A stretch of 64,000 nt of DNA, from assembly GCF_001194135.2 (NCBI RefSeq), contig NC_068994.1, positions 12,709,078-12,773,077 of the forward strand, in the 5' to 3' direction. How positions within the stretch are numbered: the first letter of the stretch is position 1; every line of letters begins with the position of its first letter. A model generated the notes under the pieces. That model had not been told where the DNA came from. It saw only the letters and a program-made list of their open reading frames with translations, and made no database searches. Position numbers and translations under genes: made by a program. Below, one piece after another: positions 12,244-25,218 of this stretch. Source of the stretch: Octopus bimaculoides. Its lineage: Eukaryota.

Positions 12244-14017
12244 AGGGTGACGATAAGAGGTTCGGGACCTTCAGTACCCGGAAAGTCGCTGTTATGCCTG
12301 TATTATGATACTAATACTAGGTGCTATTTCCACCTCTCCATTTTACATGTTCTTACAAACCAATACTTACAGTATAATTATGTCTACTCTGCTTCGGCGA
12401 TATATATTAACCGTACATTTTTTTTTTCTGTTTGATTACTTTTTCTTTTGTCAATGAAAAGGTGCAATTATTTTTACTCGGGTACGGCTTGTATTTTATT
12501 TGTTCATCTAGATAGTTAATTCGTTTATCAGCGACATTGAAAACAAAAAAAGTTCTTTTTATTTTTACTCCGTTGTGTGACAAATTATCAACGACTGATT
12601 GTTTGTGTTTAAGTAGATTTGTGCCATGCCATTTATTGGTGTGTGTGACATCTGCTATTTTAGGGAGTTTTGACGAGGTCGATTTAAAACTCATCACTTT
12701 CGTTTGAGTTATCCTCTACGCCTAATTTTTATCTCCCTCCCTGTCTATCGAGAGCAGGCTTAGCTTGTCGTTCTTGTGAAGTTCGCTCTCAGCCACATTG
12801 GTTTCGGGTTCAGTCCTACTGAGTGACACCTTGGACAAGTGTCTTCTCCTATAGCCGCTAGCCGAACATAGTCTTGTGAGTGGATTTGCTAGACGATAAT
12901 TTTGAGAAGCCCATCGGTATATATGTGTGTGTGTGTGAGTGTGAGATCACTCTCCTCAATATATTCTTTGGTCAAGCTACAGCGTTTGACCCGGTGTGAC
13001 CAACTTACCAGCTTGCCAACTTAATAACAAACATTTGGTATTTTCGAAAAATCAACACTAAAACGAAACTGAGTACATATTTTTTTTAAAAACTTTTCCA
13101 CTATGTTGGGCTTTCATCGGCCCACAGGCATTCTATGCGTGACCACCCCGCTTTATGTAATATATTATATTCAGTTATTTTTATTTAGTATATATATGTG
13201 TTCAGTGGTATGACAGTAAAGTGAACTTCAAAGATTTGGTAATTATTTCTAGCAAGTAGAACCACCACATTGAATAACTATCGTGGTAGTACACACACAC
13301 ACACATACAAGAAAAAAATTAAATAAAAAAATAACAAAACTCCTGATTCACTGAACCCAAATGACATATTTGACCTGACATCATTTATGTGTGGACAATT
13401 ACAGTAGTAGGGACTGTAGTGGCATGTAATAACTAACTCATTAATAACCTGCACATTGTGCATACTACACTATGTCTGTGTATTACAATTAAACTACACA
13501 CACATATTCGTACACACATACGAATATGTATGAATGTGCTTAGGAATAGCTCTTCTACTAACTCTTTGATGACATTCCTATCTTAATATGTCATTGTTAT
13601 GCTGCTTGTCTTACCACGCGCGCACGTGTGAGGTCTTGTATCACGTATAAAGAGGTACAAAATTGGGTACAAATATTTGTAAATAATACACAAACACAAA
13701 CTCGCAAACTGCACACAATCACGCACTTACGTACACACATGCGCAACAAATGGGTGTAATCTTCGGACAGTGTCTATGTATGAAATTTGTGGTCCCAGGC
13801 AACGGCCATGACCTCTGTAGGTCATGATCCCCTCAAGCTGGTGAGATAGATACGATTGTTCAACTAGGTTCGTACATCGCTGGGTCGATCAATTTTGTCG
13901 GGAAATCCTAGGAAGGAAGCAATGAATAACGTTTCTATAGCGTGTTATAAATTGACGGAAACTGAAAGAAGCCCGTCTATATATATATACAGAGAGAGAG
14001 AGGTAGGTAGGTAGGCA

Positions 14018-14405
14018 GGCACAGGAGTGGCTGTGTGGTAAGTAGCTTGCTTACCAACCACATGGTTCCGGGTTCAGTCCCACTGCGTGGCACCATGGGC
14101 ATGTGTCTTCTCCTATAGCCTCGGGCCGACCAATGCCTTGCGAGTGGATTTGGTAGACGGAAACTGAAAGAAGCCCGTATGTGTGTGTGTGTATATATGT
14201 TTGCGTGTCTATGTCCCCCCCCCACCACCACCACCATCACTTGGCAACCGATGCTGTTGTGTTTACATCACCGTAACTTAGCTGTTCGACAAAAGAGACC
14301 GATAGAATAAATACTAGGCTTTCAAAGAATAAGTCCTGGGGGTCGATTTATTCGACTAAAGGCGGTGCTCCAGCATGGCCGCAGTCAAATGTCTGAAACG
14401 TATAA
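14018..14405 (+). mobile_element. SINE family A, full length, CpG intact
   Basis: Complete match to the family consensus. Confidence 0.9.
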
Positions 14406-15160
14406 AAAAACAGCGGCACGCATACACACGCAAATGTCCGTTGTGTACTTTTAGTAAAAGATTGATGGCGTAACTCAACACCGAGAATAACCGTTTATTA
14501 CTGCTTTTAAAAATGTGTAACAAACTGCAGCAGGTTTCGAAACCTGGTGCAGTCTGTTACAAATTATGCATAAAGCAAAACACACACACACACGTCGTGA
14601 GACATTAATACAGTAACCTCATATAAATCCACTCTAATATATACAAACACATTAGAATTTCTTCACTAGTAGCGTTATGATAGAACTAAATGATGATGCA
14701 ACATAAGTGGTGCTAATTATGTTTCATTTTATTTTATGTTTTTACTTCCAGTAAAACTGAGGTTCTGTGTACGCGGCAGTGATGGTTATGGCGTGCGAGT
14801 TATTTTTGGTAGGTCACCATTGCTAGTAAAAGTACATACATTACTGTTGCATGACGGTTGGGTAGGAACGATGTTGCTAGTATATAGGGTGTCATTAGAT
14901 AGTTTTCAATGCACTGGGCGATTATAAAGCTTCTGTGCAATTTTCAAGTTGCATAATTTTTAGTTCTGTATATGGTGATAGTAATCTGTGAGAAAAGTGA
15001 AAGAATTTGTTGCATTTTTAAACGGTTTATTCACCTCAACACACCCATTTTTTTTTTTGCAGCTGATTTTCGTTACTCCCTGATCATATTAGTTAACCCA
15101 GCCCGCTGGAGGTTTATTTGTATAAACTGTAATCTTTTACTTACTCCTCCCCCCCCCCAT

Positions 15161-15947
15161 CAGGGCCGGATTAAGATCCATTGAGGCCCTAAGCACGTAC
15201 AGATTTTGGTGCCCCCATAAAAGATTATGTAATTCAAAATATAAACAATAACAAACCATAAAATAAATTTTTATTTTTCAAAACGAAACAAAGTAGTAAG
15301 AGGGAAAATAATGTTTATTTTTGTATACTTCCACTTTATTGCTCCCGCTTTAGCGAATGCGGAGGTATTGTTTTCAGTTGCGTTTGTATCTTTGTCCGTG
15401 AACAAGATGTCTCAAGAACCGCTGGATGGATTCGGATGAAACTTTCAGGGATGTTTGGCTTCATGATTGGCACGAACTGATTAGATTTTGGGATCGATCC
15501 GATACCGGACAAGGATTCTGGACTATTTTTCCTGTTTTTTTTTTTTTACTTAATTTTTGAAAGCGATTGGGTTCATTTTTAGTATTCTCGTTTGTGAGAG
15601 CAGTCGAGTTCAGATATTCTCATTTTAAAAATCATCTCTTGCTAATCGTTGAGAGGACGTTAGTGTTGCCTTGGCGGAGGTTTGCGCTGAGTGCTCTTGT
15701 TTATATTTGAAAAGTTTCCTCCTACTTTTTTGAATTGTAAAGTCTTTGATCAGATCCTCAAAATTAATCTTAGGTAACACATCTGCATCTGTACTTACTA
15801 GAGTTAAAGGCGTCCCGAATATTATTTTAGCAAGTTTAAAGTGATTTCTTTTGTGCCGTAAACCATTTACCATTTCTGTGGTGCCCCCACCCTTTCGCTT
15901 GATGCCCTAAGCACGTGCTTATTTGCGTAATGGTTAATCCAGTGCTG
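15161..15947 (-). mobile_element. Non-autonomous hAT element with transposase C-terminal remnant
   Basis: TIRs CAGGGCCGGATTAA / TTAATCCAGTGCTG. Minus-strand LVSTDADVLPKINFEDLIKDFTIQKSRRK resembles the hAT dimerisation-domain tail. Confidence 0.72.
15335..15701 (+). mobile_element. Helentron-associated non-autonomous element (HINE/DINE-1-like), nested in the hAT element
   Basis: 5' subTIR plus palindrome ttattgctcccgc...gcggaggtattg; 3' subTIR ccttggcggagg and small stem-loop; T-rich insertion site. Related copies at 27358, 28420 and 39662. Confidence 0.65.
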
Positions 15948-16803
15948 CCCATAAAATAATTGGAGTGAGTATTATCGTTATTATTTCATATTTTTGTGCA
16001 AGGTCAGCAATGTTAGGGAGATGGTTAAGTCGATTACATCAAATCCAGTGTTCAACTGGTACTTATTTTATTGTTCCCGAAAAGTTGACCTCGTCAGAAT
16101 TTGAACTCAGAACATGAAGAGATGCCGCTAAGCATTTTGCACAAATTCGTCTTTTATACTTTTAAAACGACAGAAGCTACTTAGTTTGGCACTCAAATTT
16201 TGAGGTTGGGTTCTGTCGATAATATCGACTCCATTTCTTGAAATGGTACTCTATCGAACGTAAGAGGATCGATGCTCTGAATTCAACCTCTTATACGATT
16301 TGATTTTAGGAACGTTAAGAATTGTAAGGCATGTAAAACGACTATTTACTGATTTTGCTAGCCATTAGAATAATTTGTTTTTTGTCCTGGCAGCCCCCCC
16401 CCCCCGTTATGTTTAACGGTTGACTTGAAATGACAATGGCTACGTTGAAACTCGCTACTTAACTGACATGACAGGAAGGATGGGAAGCCATGTTGTTGCT
16501 ACGAATTTAAGCAATGAATACAAACGTATTTAATGTAGGTTATCAAGCAGAATAGACAAAATATGAATCGTTTTCACTTGACTCGTTTATTGTGAACTCG
16601 TTTTTTTTTTTATAAGCACGGTTATATATGTTACATAAATTGATTTGATGAAATTGTTGTTTAGCCACGGGCCGGTCTTGTCGGAGCAGAACTATGATTA
16701 AAAGTACTCCAACGCGTGTAAATCTTCGTAATAAATATATAAAATATAGGTCGTCCTTCAAGTCATAATTGCCAGAATTGATGTCTTAAGACACACATTT
16801 TTC

Positions 16804-16963
16804 GATAATTTTTCAGATTAACGGCCGCACGATCTTCACTAGGGTGTTAGGGTTAGTTTTAGTGTTTAGGGTTACGGTTAGGGACGGAATTCCTAACCCT
16901 AACCGTAACCAAAACCCTAACACCCTAGTGAAGATCGTGTGGGTGTTAATCTGAAAAATTACC
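16804..16963. mobile_element. Palindromic MITE with telomeric core
   Basis: About 50-bp near-perfect arms TAATTTTTCAGATTAAC..CACGATCTTCACTAGGGTGTTAGGGTT; internal TTAGGG/CCCTAA around a central GAATTC; right end ATTACC. Confidence 0.8.
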
Positions 16964-17451
16964 TTTTTTTCTTTAAAGAATGTATAAAAATATAAGAATT
17001 AACTGACATGTAACTGAGTGGCCAGTTGTATGCATTTCAACAACGGACAACTATAGAGTGCATCAAATGCCACAACATTATCTCCACCTCTAAAGGATGT
17101 CATAATTACTAAATGGCAATTAACGACCAGCTCCACTTGAGGTGGGGAGGAGATAATTTCAAGAACTAAAAATTCTCCAGTGTTGACATGCCATTAAAGA
17201 AAACGACATGTTTATTGTCTGCCGATGTTTCTGGCTTAGTCATCATAAGCATGACAGCTGTCTGATATTATCCCCCAGCAGTCAGAAGACTTTAACATAC
17301 ACAAAATAAAGTAGAAAACGTTTGTGGCCAGATAATGAGCATAATTTAAACAAAAACGAGCTAAGAGAAATAACTTAAGGTGGCCAGTCACATTTATGTG
17401 AGCATAGACAAATACCACACAACAGAAGTTCTTGTTATTAAGATCATCTGT

Positions 17452-17665
17452 AAGGCGGCGAGCTAGCAAAATTGTTTACACGCATGGCAACATGCTTTGC
17501 GATATTTCGTCTGTCTTTACGTTCTTTGTACAAATTCCACCGAGGTTGACTTTGCTTTTCATCCTTTCAGCATCGATATAGTTGTACCAGTTGAGTCTTG
17601 GGGGATAGAAGTAAACGACTTACCCACATCCCCGAAATTGCAGGCCTTGTGCCAAAAATTAAAAT
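17452..17665 (+). mobile_element. tRNA-derived SINE family C
   Basis: aaggcggcgagct(g/a)gca head, B-box-like ttcaaattcc in family copies, core gactttgc.tttcatccttt. Many further copies in the window. Confidence 0.75.
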
Positions 17666-18154
17666 CGTTATTAAAATTTTCTACCTCTGGAGAATGTATT
17701 ATAATTGGATTCAGTGTCAAAAATTACATCTTTGTGATATATTAAAATTGTTTTTAAAAGATGATTGTAAACAGTGACGAAAACCACAAAGATCCCAACT
17801 CTCTATACCCTGAGTTCAAACTCGGCTGAGGTCAACTTTGACTTTCATCCTTTCAGGGCTGATAAAAAATGGTAATAATCCATGGCGGTGGGGTTGAATG
17901 GAGGTGTAAAAACATTGGACTGGATGCTTGGCATTTGTTCCGGCTCCCTGCGTTCTGAGTTCAAATTCCACCATGGCATTACTTGTGACATAAACTTAAT
18001 CCGAATTAACATCACAAACTGGTGCCTTTAACAGACTCCACTCTGTTGCAAGCATTCGGGCTAGGTTCCCAGCTTGAAGATATTTCCTTCTCTCCCACCA
18101 GTATTAGGAGGTCCTGTAAAGGACTACGGTTACTACCTTCTGTCTGGGCTAAAA

Positions 18155-18193
<39 letters not shown>

Positions 18194-18754
18194 GAGATTT
18201 AAGGAAAATTTGTTTGCTATTTATAACAGGTCTAACGACCACAACCACATGGAAATCTACCTCTGTTGGTACTTAAATAATTTCGTTTTACACTTGATAT
18301 GTTGGTAGTCAAACCTACCACACTCTAGTTAACCCAATGAATAAGATTTCATGTTAGTGATAGCTTTGTTTAAAAAAATGTAACTTTTGTGTGGCTAAAT
18401 AGTCATATAAATGACATAAATGTTGCTTAGATTCAAGTCAGCCCAGATCACAAATGTGCCTTATTGATCAACAGTGCAGCATCTGTGATCTTCCCATCTG
18501 ATTTTATTTTTCAGACATTTCACTTGTATTTCTCCCAACGTTTTAATGACCTAATTGTATGATTTGAAAGAGGTTTAACTTTTTTGTTCAATGTTTCTTG
18601 TCAATAATATAGTATATGTAGCAGCTAAAAGTACAGACGAACTCCCTTCACCTTTTTTCTTTCACCATGACAACATCTCTGATATAATGTAGGTTATTGA
18701 TGTATCGTTGCGCCATGCATGGCAGATAAAAGTAACACTTTGGTTTAAAAAGCG

Positions 18755-18791
18755 ATGCTACAGTTTGCTACTCGACGATTTCTTAACATAG
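18755..18791 (+). other. Candidate first exon of the + strand transcription unit
   Basis: ATG-initiated MLQFATRRFLNI followed by strong donor ATAG|gtaagc (phase 1). It lies in CpG-retaining unique sequence just before the CpG-depleted domain begins. The link to MAVS is not proven. Confidence 0.35.
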
Positions 18792-18890
18792 GTAAGCTGG
18801 TGTTGAACTTGTGACATAAAGGAAGAAAAAGATGGAAGCGAAGAGAGAGTTGTGGTAGTCTTACCTGTCAGTCTGGAAAACGGGTCACTT

Positions 18891-19022
18891 TCAACGTCCA
18901 CGTGCTCTGTCTCGATCTGCAAGGTTCACTCAATGTCCACGTGCTCTGTCTCGATCTGCAAGGTTCACTCAATGTCCACGTGCTCTGTCTCAATCTGCAA
19001 GGTTCACTCAATGTCCACGTGC
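18891..19022 (+). repeat. 39-bp minisatellite, about 3.4 units, each with a CACGTG E-box
   Basis: Unit TCAA(T/C)GTCCACGTGCTCTGTCTC(G/A)ATCTGCAAGGTTCAC starting at 18891, 18930, 18969 and 19008 (partial). Confidence 0.95.
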
Positions 19023-19610
19023 GCTATCTGTTGCTGTACAGTCTAACACGTCTGCTCTGATGCGCTGTTCACCATCAATTTGCTCCTCGCCCTTCACTGA
19101 CCCCGCATGTCCACCACGGCCCTTCCAGTGGGACCCACAGGCCCCACTTCCAACAGGACATACCTACTCCCTTACTTCCGATCCTTCCCTCATAACACAG
19201 CTTTGCTCATAACACCACAGAACTATATTTAATGCATCTGCCACAAACCCCGGTGTCGCTGCCCATTACGCAGAGAAGAGAAAAATAAGTACAAGAACCT
19301 GACTGGTTGCTGTCGAGACAACAGGTGTTCTAAGACCTCATATCACCAATTTCCTCTGCAAAATAGGGATAATGGCGGCCCGTCATAGAAACGAGCCCCC
19401 TCAAAGTGGAGTGACTACTGCAGCGAGTGTTGCTGGCCATTCTCCGTGGCAACGCTATCACGGTCATTACCACAGGGTGTGGCTGAGCGCCTCTCCTGTT
19501 CTGGGATATGCGGCCTATCGCCTTTGCCTTTGCGTCTTCGGCTGCTCCTATCCCAACCAACCCCAGTTTTCTCTTTTTTTTTCTTTTTAGCATCTTTTTG
19601 AAGTGTATAA

Positions 19611-19755
19611 TCATCATCATCGTCGTTTAACGTCTGCTTTCCATGCTAGCATGGGTTGGACGATTTGACTGAGGACTGGTGAAACCAGATAGCTACACCA
19701 GACTCCAATCTGATTTGGCAAAGTTTCTACAGCTGGATGCCCTTCCTAACGCCAA
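19611..19755 (-). mobile_element. SINE/RTE-tail family D, 5' truncated
   Basis: (CAT)n-cgtttaacgtc.gctttccatgctagcatgggttggacg tail. Confidence 0.8.
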
Positions 19756-20354
19756 AAATTTTATTCACATTGTTTAATGCAAGGAGCATTAAAAAAATTA
19801 GCTCTGAATTTATGATCTTGGTAGTGGATGATATTAGTCAAATCCAGGTAAAAAAAAGGTCACTGGGAAAAATAGTTATGTGCAGCTAAGCTACAAGAAC
19901 GCCTTCATACATTTATGTGTTGATCAACAGGCCTGGCAGAGTTTCTTGGTGGCATGGACTAGAATATTCGTCTTAGTTGTCAACATTAAAAATACTAAAT
20001 ATTCACGTAATGCCATAATACTGTGTAAAGTGTTTTTAATCTGTACATGTCGTGTATTGCCAATAAACAACTGAAATTTTTTTGTCTTCCTTTGCTTAAA
20101 AAATTGAATACAAGATTTTTCCCCACACATGGGTAAATGCATCATATATAAATTGTGTACAAATTATGTACTGTCAGTTAATAACTGATTTAAAATATTT
20201 TTTGTTTCCTTATTTTTTTCTTCCCAATGACTTTTTCCCTGACATCTTTTAGTCAACACATTGCTTACAAATAGCAACCACATATCTCTTTAATCACTCT
20301 CAACCAACAACGGAAACCGAATATGTTTGAGAGAACATACACACATGTACAAGA

Positions 20355-20575
20355 TATTGATTTCAAATTTTGGCACAAGGCCAGCAATTTTGGGTGGGAA
20401 GGGATAAGTCGATTACATCAATCCCAATACCCAATTGGTACTTATTTTATCAACCCCAAAAGGTCGAAAGCAAAGTTGACCTCGGCAGAATTTGAACTCA
20501 GAATGCAAAGATGGATGAATGAAAAGCTGCAAAGCATTTTGCCTGGCATGCTAACTTCTCTGCCAGCTCACGGCC
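20355..20575 (-). mobile_element. SINE family C
   Basis: aaattttggcacaaggccagc ... ctgccagctc. Confidence 0.75.
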
Positions 20576-21820
20576 TGGCACAAGAATATTGATAAAGGGA
20601 ATGCTTTTGATCACTGGTCTCTTGATTCATTGGTAACCTGGGGTTAAACAAGAGCATTAACAATTGAAATATAAAGTGCAATCTTCAATATTTGAGTGGA
20701 TTTGCAGATTTATAAGATTAAGGTTGCAACCTTACAACAAATGTCATTTAGTTGACTAGGCCGAATATACATTTTCTGAAAAGAGTTTCTGTGAACAAGA
20801 GCCTCGTTTGACCTTTTATTTCTGAGAAGTGGCTGTCAACTGTATCAAAATATTCAGGAAGCTATAAGAAAGCATTGTTCAGCAAACAAGTGGTGTGAGA
20901 GAAATGCACATAAACACACACACACACAAGCCTGGTGCTGTAGTTGAAGATACGCACAAGCACACCCTCAAAAGCAAGCAGGTCGATTAAATAAGTACCA
21001 GTTATGTACTGGGGTCGATATAATTGACTTAATCCATTTGTCTGTCCTTATTTGTCCCTCTGTGTGTAGCCCCTTGTGGGCAATAAAGAAATAACAAATC
21101 AGCCCCAGTACTTTTTTCTTTTTAATTAATTTTGGTAGTTAGCTTAGCAATCTCTTGTTGAACTGCTAAGTTGCAGGGACAGAAACAAACACCAGTTGCC
21201 AAGCAGTGAGGAACAAACGTGAACACACAATAGGCTTCCACACAGTTTCCATCTACAAAATTCGCTTACAAGGCATTGATTGACCTTGGGCTATCGTAGC
21301 AGACACTTTCCCAAGGTGCCATGCAGTGGGACTGAACCCAAAATTCACACCGTTGCAAAGCAAGCTTTTTAATCATGCAACCATGCTTGCACATAAACAC
21401 TTGTAGTTTATCCATTTGCCTGCAGAATTGTTGCGTGATGGCTGTCTCAATGTTCAATAAGGTTAAAATATAGCTGTTTGCTGTTAGTAGTCAATCAAGG
21501 TTAGATTTTTTTTGTGCAGACCAAATCCGGTCATAAAGACATTTGTGATGTTTCTCTTTGTGTGTGAAGAAACAGATATTGTTTTGGACTATAACAGCTG
21601 GGTGGTATCTAGAGCATGAAGACAAAACACCTGACACCACAACAATATCTAGGGCAGCAAAAAACACAAAAGAACAAGTCATCATCATTGTATTTGTTAA
21701 TATGTTGATTTTCTTTTCTCATTTGTTTATTTCACTCCCAAGACATTATGCAACTTTTCCAGGCAATGTCCCATTGCTCATTGCCCTTGGAGCAAATGAA
21801 CTTTTATTGCTGTTATTATT

Positions 21821-22035
21821 AAGGCAGCGAGCTGGCAGAATCGTTAGCGTGCTGGACGAAATACTTAGGGGTATTTTATCCATTGCTACATTCTGAGTTC
21901 AAATCCTGCCGAGGTCGACTTTATCTTTCAGCCTTTTGAGGTCGAAAAAATAAGTACCAGCTGAATACTGGTGTCGATGTAATCGTTTCATCCCCTCTCT
22001 CAAACTGCTACTCTTGTGGCAAAATTTGAAACCAT
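21821..22035 (+). mobile_element. SINE family C, full length
   Basis: aaggcagcgagctggcagaatcgttag...gagttcaaatcc...aaaatttgaaacc. Confidence 0.85.
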
Positions 22036-22063
22036 TATTATTATTATTATTATTATTATTATG

Positions 22064-22372
22064 GGTGCAGGAGTGGCTGTGTGGTAAGTAGCTTGCTTAC
22101 CAACTACATGGTTCTGGGTTCGGTCCCACTGCATGGCGCCTTGGGTAAGTGTCTTCTACTATAGCCTTGGGCCGACCAAAGCCTTGTGAGTGGATTTGGT
22201 AGACGGAAACTGAAAGAACCCCGTCGTATATATATATATATATATATGTATGTATATGTGTATGTGTGTGTATATGTTTGTGTGTCTGTGTTTGTCAACT
22301 GATGCTGGTGTGTTTACGTCCCCGTAACTTAGCGGTTCTGCAAAAGAGACCAATAGAATAAGTACTAGGCTT
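22064..22372 (+). mobile_element. SINE family A, tail truncated
   Basis: Head and body match the family. Confidence 0.85.
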
Positions 22373-23081
22373 CCAAAGGGTCGATAAATTAAGTACCATT
22401 GAGGTTGATGTAATTGACTAGTCCCCTCCTTGCCCAAATTTCAAGCCTTGTGTCTTTAGTAGAAAGGATTATCATTATTATTATTTAGAAGGTGAAATTA
22501 GATTAGTAGGTAAGATAAACATTGAGGTACTGAGTTCAAATTCTACTGAGGGATGGTTGGGTAGACATTGTCCTTTATCCGTTGTGGGTTAATAAAATCA
22601 ACTGCCATGTCATAATTTTAAGGGGAATATTTTGAGAGAACCAAAATGAAAGCAAAAATATAAACTCCTCATCTTATGTCCACTTGCCATGGGTTTGATG
22701 GGTCATCAAAGTTTGAGTCCTTTCTTACTGGGAACCACTATTCCCTTAGACTGGTGCTTGTACATATCCTTTAGCTTGGTTTCCATGGCTGGATGTCATT
22801 ACTATCTCCAGTCACTTTACAGTGTACTGGGTGCATTTTCTCATGGCACCCACGATAGAGGTTGATTAAGAAGCTGTACTAACAGAACCTTTACAACCCT
22901 ATCTGTTCCCTGCTCATTTCGCCCATCATTTTATATCTACATATCAATTATAATGCAAATGATCCAATGTTTTTTTACGTATATTATATGAAACTCAAAA
23001 AGAATTAAAGAGAACAGACCCTATCACTGGGTTAGAACCACGTCTCTTTTGCTTGTTGGTTGATTTTGCAACCAGTTACAC

Positions 23082-23296
23082 CAAATATTCAAATTTTGGC
23101 ACAAGGACAAGGCCAGTAATTTTGAGGTGGGAGTAAGTCGATAACATGAAACCCAGTACTCGTCTGGTACTTATTTTATCAACCCCGAAAAGCACGAAAG
23201 GCAAAGTCAACCTCCACAGAACTTGAACTCGGAAAGTTAAGATGGACAAAATGTCACAAAGTATTTTGCCTGGCGCTGTAATAATTCTCCCAGCTT
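23082..23296 (-). mobile_element. SINE family C
   Basis: Reverse match to 21821-22035. Confidence 0.75.
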
Positions 23297-23421
23297 GCAT
23301 TTAGCACACACACACACACACACATATATACATGCATACACACACGCATGCATGCATGTACATATGCACACAAACACACTCACGTGTATGTACGTACGTA
23401 CGTATGTATGTATGTATAAAA

Positions 23422-23539
23422 ATATATATAAAAAGGAGGCCACTAGGTGGACTGCTAATGTGCTAGAAGAAGATCATATATCATGTGTCTACTTCTAGCA
23501 CATTAGCAGTCCACCTAGTGGCCTCCTTTTTATATATAT
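23422..23539. repeat. Perfect 48-bp inverted repeat with 22-nt loop
   Basis: Arms 23422-23469 and 23492-23539 (…AAAAAGGAGGCCACTAGGTGGACTGCTAATGTGCTAGAAG and its reverse complement). Confidence 0.95.
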
Positions 23540-24048
23540 ATTTTCATATATACATATACAATAATCCTTTGAGATCTCAGATATTTTTTCTGAATCTCCG
23601 TGATTTTTTTAATGTGCTTGGTGTCTGGTATTAAATTGATATTAATTAATACCCAATTTTTTACCCTATGTATGTATGTATGTAGACTCAGATAGATCAC
23701 ACAAAACACCCACACACGCATACTAAAGTGCATGTGTATACTTCTAGACATTTAAATCTGTTTTATAGCATAGATATTTTGCAGCATTTCCTCCTCTGTC
23801 AAGTTGTTTGTTTTTTCTTTTCTCCTTGTATCGCCCAAACCCACCCCACCTTCATTCTAACTTCTTTGACTTTGGTCTGACATTGTAGATTCTTTGAATC
23901 TTCTAAGGTTACTCTCAGTTCCAGTATCATCCCTCTCTCTTTCCTCCTTTCTTCTCTCTCTCTGTATACACACATGCACACATACACAACACACACACAC
24001 AAACATATGTACACAACATACATATATATAGACACATAACATACATGC

Positions 24049-24079
<31 letters not shown>

Positions 24080-24118
24080 CACACACAACATATGCACATA
24101 CACAAACATATGTACACA

Positions 24119-24151
<33 letters not shown>

Positions 24152-24899
24152 CATACACAATGCACACGTACATACATACATACGTCAGTCTATCTATCTG
24201 TCTATCTCTAGTTTCTTCCTCTTCAATTCTTATGCTTGCCAAAATTTTTCTCGGGTATCCTGATGTATAAAAGATTCCACCACACTCCAAAAACCAATTT
24301 CTAAGTCTACCTATAGTAAAAGATGCCACAGTAGGAATTACTACTGTGTTTTTTGGTGCACAAGTCAACAGTATATAATGTAAACATTCAAACATCATCT
24401 TTTGGGTTCCTCCAAAGCCATCTTGGTGTGTAAGTTGACATAACCTTTTTTGGGTGTACATTTTAGTCTGAAAAATTGTACACGTATCTCTTATTTTCTA
24501 CATGTTTCAGTCATTGGACTTTGGCCATGTTGGGGCATCACTTTCATGGGTTTAGTCAAACGGATGGTCCCCAGTACTTTTTTTTTAGTTTGATACTTAT
24601 CCTATCAGTATCTTTTTATTACTGAACTGCAAAGGTACAAGGATGTAAACAAACCAACACCAGTTGTCTGGTGGTGGTGGTGGTGGGAACAAAGATAAGT
24701 AGTGGAGTCAATTTGTTCAACAAAATTTTTCAAGGTGGTGTCCATTGATTGAAATAAGTGAAATATAAAAACTAAAAGAAGTCCTGGGTTAGATGAAGCT
24801 TATTGAGGCATTTTCCCTATGACCAGATATTCTTTTTGTCAACCCTTTATTTTGCCTTCTAATAAGGGATTCTTATTCCACTGGTCTTTACATGAGTGA

Positions 24900-25218
24900 A
24901 GACATGTGGCCTAGTTGTTAGGGTGTCCAGCTTAAGATCATAAGGTTATGAGTTTGATTACTGACAGCCCATTTTGTCCTTGAGCAAGGTAATTTATTTC
25001 ACATTACTCTAGTCCACTCAGCTGGCATAAATTAGTACCTGTAATTCAAGGGGCCAGCCTTATCACATTCTGTGACATATTGAATCTTCTTGAGAACTGC
25101 ATTAAGGATATATGTGTCTGTGGTGTGCTCAGTCACTTGCACCTTAATTTCACAAGCAGGCTGTTTTGTTCATCAGATCAACAGGAGCCCTCATCGTCCT
25201 AAGTGATGGAGTGCCAAG
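24900..25218 (+). mobile_element. SINE family B, decayed
   Basis: gtggcctagttgttaggg head; tgtctgtggtgtgctcagtcacttgcaccttaatttcac tail. Confidence 0.7.

Noticed and set aside
23799-24461. 220-aa minus-strand ORF
   Set aside because: Mostly microsatellite; the unique N-terminal part matched no family I recognise, and a piggyBac resemblance was too weak.
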